64,000 bases of DNA from assembly GCF_009914755.1 (NCBI RefSeq), contig NC_060925.1. The stretch is one strand, 5' to 3'. The stretch is from the human T2T-CHM13v2.0 reference genome, Homo sapiens. Positions 57,710-64,000 of this stretch are shown here, one piece after another. Each line of letters starts with the position of its first letter. Within the stretch, counting starts at the first letter, position 1. The notes under the pieces were generated by a model that was given only the letters and a program-made list of their open reading frames with translations, did no database searches and was not told the origin of the DNA. The translations under genes were made by a program, and so were the position numbers.

Positions 57710-58813
57710 ATGTCAGCTACTCAGAAAATATGACATGCCATTTGCTCTAAGCTTGTTTGACTTCGAGGAGGCTTAAAATCCACTCCATTCCAGATCTTTC
57801 GGTATGGATAATACTGGAAATATTCCAGATATTTTACTGGGTCTTTGATTTCAGCGAGGAGAAATCACTAGGGCCGCCCTGGGCTGGAGCCTCGAGTTCC
57901 TCATGTGCAGCTCCTCCTAGTGTCGCTGGGTGGTGCTGTGCTTATGGTTTTGGGTCTAGACCCGGTTTCCCTCTCATTTTATGCTAATCATCTAGTAGGT
58001 GTTGGGGAGGGTGCTGTTCTTTTCATGTGCCTAGTGCTGCTGTAACTGACTTATTCAGACGAGTATGGCTTTGGTTCTGACAGAAATTAAAATGCCGTTT
58101 TGTAGGCCCTTGTTTCTATGTTTAAGATTTGAGTAGGTGGAGGTACTTTGTGAACATGTGAGCAAAAATGGGAAGCTGCGGTTTCCCAGAGACCCAGAGA
58201 GATGGAAATGAGCAGCACGTGGCCTGGGTTTGGAGCAGGGCTCCCCATGCCAGGCTCCCTCCTCCTGGGTGGGCAGAGCTCTCCCTCCCCACCCTCCCCA
58301 TTAGCTAGCAGGATGGGCCCTGGCTTTGTGGGATATCTTGTCTCTGGCGTGGAGTCTGTTAGGAAGGTGTCACTTGCTGGCTCATTTGTGGGTGCTGCTT
58401 TCAGGCCACAGTGGGGTGCCAGTGTGTTGGCTTGTCCCCATGTGATTCATTTGCACCCTGTTTGCTTTTCCATTGCATTTTGTTCAGTATTGCCCAGGTC
58501 CAAGAAAAAGCCCACATGTCACGTATTTTAAACAGCAATAGAACTTGAGAGCTAATGGGAACGTTTATATCAACGTTTAGCAGGAGATAATCCTATCTTC
58601 TCTTTCAAACTTTAGTTTTGTGCCATAAAAATTGTATTTTTTCCTGAGATTAATTTGGCCTTATTTCTTAGTTCAAGTAGTTTTATTATTACTACGTCGT
58701 AGAGTTTATCTGTGGATTAGCCATCTGTATCTTGGATTGACACATTCAAAGGAGAAGAACTGCAAAGCTTTCATTAAAACTCAGTGTGTTTCTTGATAGT
58801 ATTTCTCACCTGA

Positions 58814-59290
<477 letters not shown>

Positions 59291-60616
59291 TGTATTGTAG
59301 ATGTTTTTATTTTAAATCAGAACCTTTAACATTGAAGTCAGTTCTTGTATAGGATAGTCACATTTACATGTGGTAATATCTTTTTGAGATTGTTATTTCA
59401 TTTTCTTCCACTTGCACACACACGTAGGATTCTTTTATAAGGATTACACCTTTGGTTTAATTACAGCTGTATTGCTTTTCACAGCATACTTATCTACTAT
59501 AGGCTTATTAATTATTTTGACATCTGCCCTAATTAAGTCAGCTTCGTTTTCTGGGAATTCAAGCAGCACTCAGTCTTTTAATTGAACTAAAAGAAGGAAG
59601 GAGAAAGAATCTTATCCTATGTCAAATGAACTTTGGTGGCTACTGAAAAGGGAATGAATATGTCATGCCTCAACGTAAAGTATTTTATACAGAGATAAAC
59701 TAGAAACCAATTTGCTGGGGATTACATTTCAATATCTGCATTTCACTTTGTGGTTGATAAAAGAGATGGCTATGAATTCTTGAAATTCTCTACCACAAAT
59801 AATAATCTAAAATACAGCAACGTTGTGATAGTCCAGTATGTGATTATCGATGTTCTATAGGGCTTTCAGAAAATGCCTGGAACTATAAAGCAATTGGTGT
59901 TTGACTTGGTATAAATAGAACACTTTTCAACATCTTGTCATGCTGTGCCAGGGAGCCCTTTAATTACAAATGCTTAAAAAATTTTGTTAAAGTTTTTATA
60001 GAAACTTAGTGAAATGTTCCTATTCAGTTCAGTTGTGGTAAGAGCTCCTAACTATTGAGTGCTAAGTGCGTTCTTTTTATAGATCAAAATTATAGACTCT
60101 TTTTTAAAAGGGGGAAGCTGCTTTAGTTTCAGAGAAATTGGAAAATTTCCTGCACCTCCTTTTTGGTTGTGAGTGTGAACAGGAGCCTAAGTGAGGGAGC
60201 CATCCAGGTCTTTGCACAGTGGGGAGCAGTGAGAGAGAGTGTTGTCTCCATAAGGAAGGCCCTTTTCTCTCCAGATAGACACCCAAATTGGTGACTTGAA
60301 GGAAGAACTCTGGAAACTCACTGGGCTCTGGCTTCTGCTCCAGGATGTCACCTGTGTTTTATCTATACGGTTGCCTATAGTCTTGCCAGGCATCTAGGGA
60401 ATTAACAACGATAGGCACTGGGTGAAATAGAAGGCAAATTACGCAGAAATCTTAATCATAAAGGGAGAGCCCCACTGAGACCAAAATTAAACCTCACTCT
60501 TCGAAAGAACATTGATGTTTGATCTGGGGCAAGGGTTCCTTCAGATTAAAACAGAACACACACACACACCTCATCTAATGAAACAGAGTATGAATACTTC
60601 TTAAAAAGGAAGGGTT

Positions 60617-61238
<622 letters not shown>

Positions 61239-61425
61239 TTACATACTACACGACTGTAGTTTTAGATTTGCTGAAATGCTGTGTGCTCCCAATTACTGGG
61301 AGATAAGAGAAGACTACCTTTATTGTTTGATCAGGGAAAGCTGACAAAAGGTCCCCTCAAAAGCAGAAGATTCTTGAACATGTAAAAAATGAAACTATCA
61401 ATGTTTCCCTACTTTGTTTTGTTTT

Positions 61426-61462
61426 ACACACGCGCGCACACACACACACGCATATGCACACA
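61426..61462. repeat. Alternating purine-pyrimidine (CA/CG)n tract
   Basis: acacacgcgcgcacacacacacacgcatatgcacaca. Confidence 0.85.
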
Positions 61463-61937
61463 ATTTTTTTTCTTTCTTTTTCTAACTAAATGTTTTCATG
61501 GATGAAGTCAACATTGTACCAGTTTTCTAGGTCAGAAATGTCACTTACCTATAACTTTCCCTGTGACCCAGTCCTAATGGATTTCTAATTGAGCTTTACA
61601 TCTTTGTTGCAGTTGCTCACCCTCATCCCTTTCCACCCTCATCCCAACCCCCCAGCCACCCTTGCTTCCCTGCCCCAGCCTTCCATCTCATCTCTCTTGC
61701 TTCCATCTCTGGCTTTTCCACTCCAGCCAGTAATGCTGCTGCCAGACCCATTTGCTTTTTATCACATCACTTTCTTGCCCCCAAATCTATGGCACCTTCA
61801 TTTTGCCCTTTTCATTGTTTAAAGAAAAATTGGGTTTTACATGATAGCAGTTATGTTTACTAGCTGTTGATAATATCATCACACTTGAATGCAGAGCAGT
61901 TTCTGGGCAAGGTTTGATTTCAGTGTTTTTGTGGTAG

Positions 61938-62123
<186 letters not shown>

Positions 62124-62937
62124 TAAGTATATTGTCCCCATTACCACATTATATCCTGTTCTTGATCCTTTCTACCTCTTGTTCCCCTGGTTGTGGACCA
62201 TGTCAGCCTGTGGTTATAAAATGGCTGCATTGTTAAGAGAAGTGTGTGCCTCTAATAGAATATTGTTGATTTGACAGCTAATGCATTCTAACTTTGTACC
62301 TTTTATATCTCTTAGATCAGGTGAGAGTGAGAAGAAAATCACAGAGCCATCTCTGCCTACCCTTTTTCTGTCATTTTCTATGTGTGATCTGGCTACAGTG
62401 CAATTTTCTTATGACATCCCACTTGGCACTTTTCATTCTTTTCTTTTGTTTGCATGTCTTAAAGCATAATGAGAAAAAAAAAACCACAATTAAGGTCACT
62501 CAGTGATTTTGGTAAGATTGCTGCTCTCCTGACAACTAACTAACTAAACTGCTAATGTAGGTACAACTTATGAATATACCCAAGAAGTTACCACAGAAGA
62601 AAAAAGGAGGAGAACTGAGTTTTAGTTCTGGCTCTCCACTAACTAGCTTTATGACCATTATTTAGAAGAATACTTATGTATTCACTCATTCATTTATTCC
62701 CACAGCCATTCATTCATTAACTTTTTGTCCAGCCTCAGCCCAAGAGAGAGAGATTTAACCTGTAGGACACAATCCTTTCTTCTTAGAATGTTAGAACGTA
62801 TCTCAATGTACTCATTAATAAAACAAGAAGATGAAGTTAGTACTGGTTGATCTAAGTCCAGCTCTAAAATACTATCTATTAGTGATATCTTTTACTGAAA
62901 TTTCATTTTTTTTTCTTTTTATGCTGGGTTGACTCTA

Positions 62938-63100
<163 letters not shown>

Positions 63101-64000
63101 TGAATAGCATTCTTTTCCATATAATTATTTATTTCCAATTTAAATATAATTATTCCTTTCCAGTTTTAATGATCATGATCATGTGTGAATTCGTAAAGAA
63201 ATGATCATGAATTTCATAGGAAGATGCCATAAGTAAACTCTTAGCATCTGAAATGATTAAGAGGATTTGAGCCTGCTGAGGGATTACTTACTTTAGTTGC
63301 CAGTCCTAGAGGTAATAACTGATTAAGAAGTGCTGAAAAATGAGTGGTTATACTTTAGCTTAAAAGAATGATGCAGATGTCTAATGAATGCATTAGAAAA
63401 AATATCCAAGGACAGGATCATTACAAAGACAGGGATTTCTCTCTTTTTACCCGTGAGGTACAAATAAGATAATTCTGTTATTTTGGAGCTTTATTCTTGA
63501 TCAGATTCTCATTGTCTTCCTCTATTTCTCTGTTTTGCATTTTATGTGCCTGTAGCCTGGAGCTTTGTGCCATGTATCTGCCAGGTTCTCATTATACTAA
63601 TTGCTGAAGTTGAAGAAATGGTCTTAGGGTTAAAAAACCAAATACTCCTAAGCCTAGTTCTTTAAGCCATTTAATCAATGTCTTAAAATTATTGCTTGTC
63701 ATTTAATAGGTATTGCTATACCTATTGCCCCAGGCATTCTGCTAAGTACAGCTCGCAAGGTGAGGAGATATAGCAGAGAATTCTACCAGTCAAGGTCACC
63801 TAGCTTTCTCAGGGTGTCAGATAACACAGCCCTCATGTTTCATGGCTGCATACTCCCTCCAACCTCCCTATTATACTCTTTCTCTCTGCCATATCTCAAA
63901 ATAGTAAGAGAAGAAATTAGAGTTATGAGGCAAAGGCACTCTAGGCTGAAGAAAGGCTTTTAAATTTATAGATACTTAAGCTGTATATAAAGAACTCTCA

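Overview
Primate, most likely human, genomic DNA lying inside the + strand gene CDC14A (dual-specificity phosphatase). Six internal coding exons with GT-AG boundaries are present (18231-18310, 33959-34025, 36961-37023, 49431-49518, 56679-56909, 61984-62122). They splice in one open frame to about V104-E326, covering the end of the A domain and the catalytic domain (general acid in FFIDGS, HCKAGLGR P-loop). Exon numbers 5-10 and residue numbers come from my recollection of the reference protein. About 99% of the window is intron, filled with roughly two dozen Alu/FLAM copies, L1, L2, MIR, a THE1 LTR remnant, hAT MITEs and microsatellites. Almost all ORFs in the supplied track are repeat-derived or chance ORFs. 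I found no CRISPR array, RNA gene or convincingly new biological system. The best leads are untested RNA-processing hypotheses: a 210-nt exon 5-7 circle with a stop-free frame, a +1-frame altORF, a candidate alternative first exon in frame with exon 6, and an unusually GC3/CpG-rich catalytic exon 9. Repeat boundaries and subfamilies were read by eye and are approximate.
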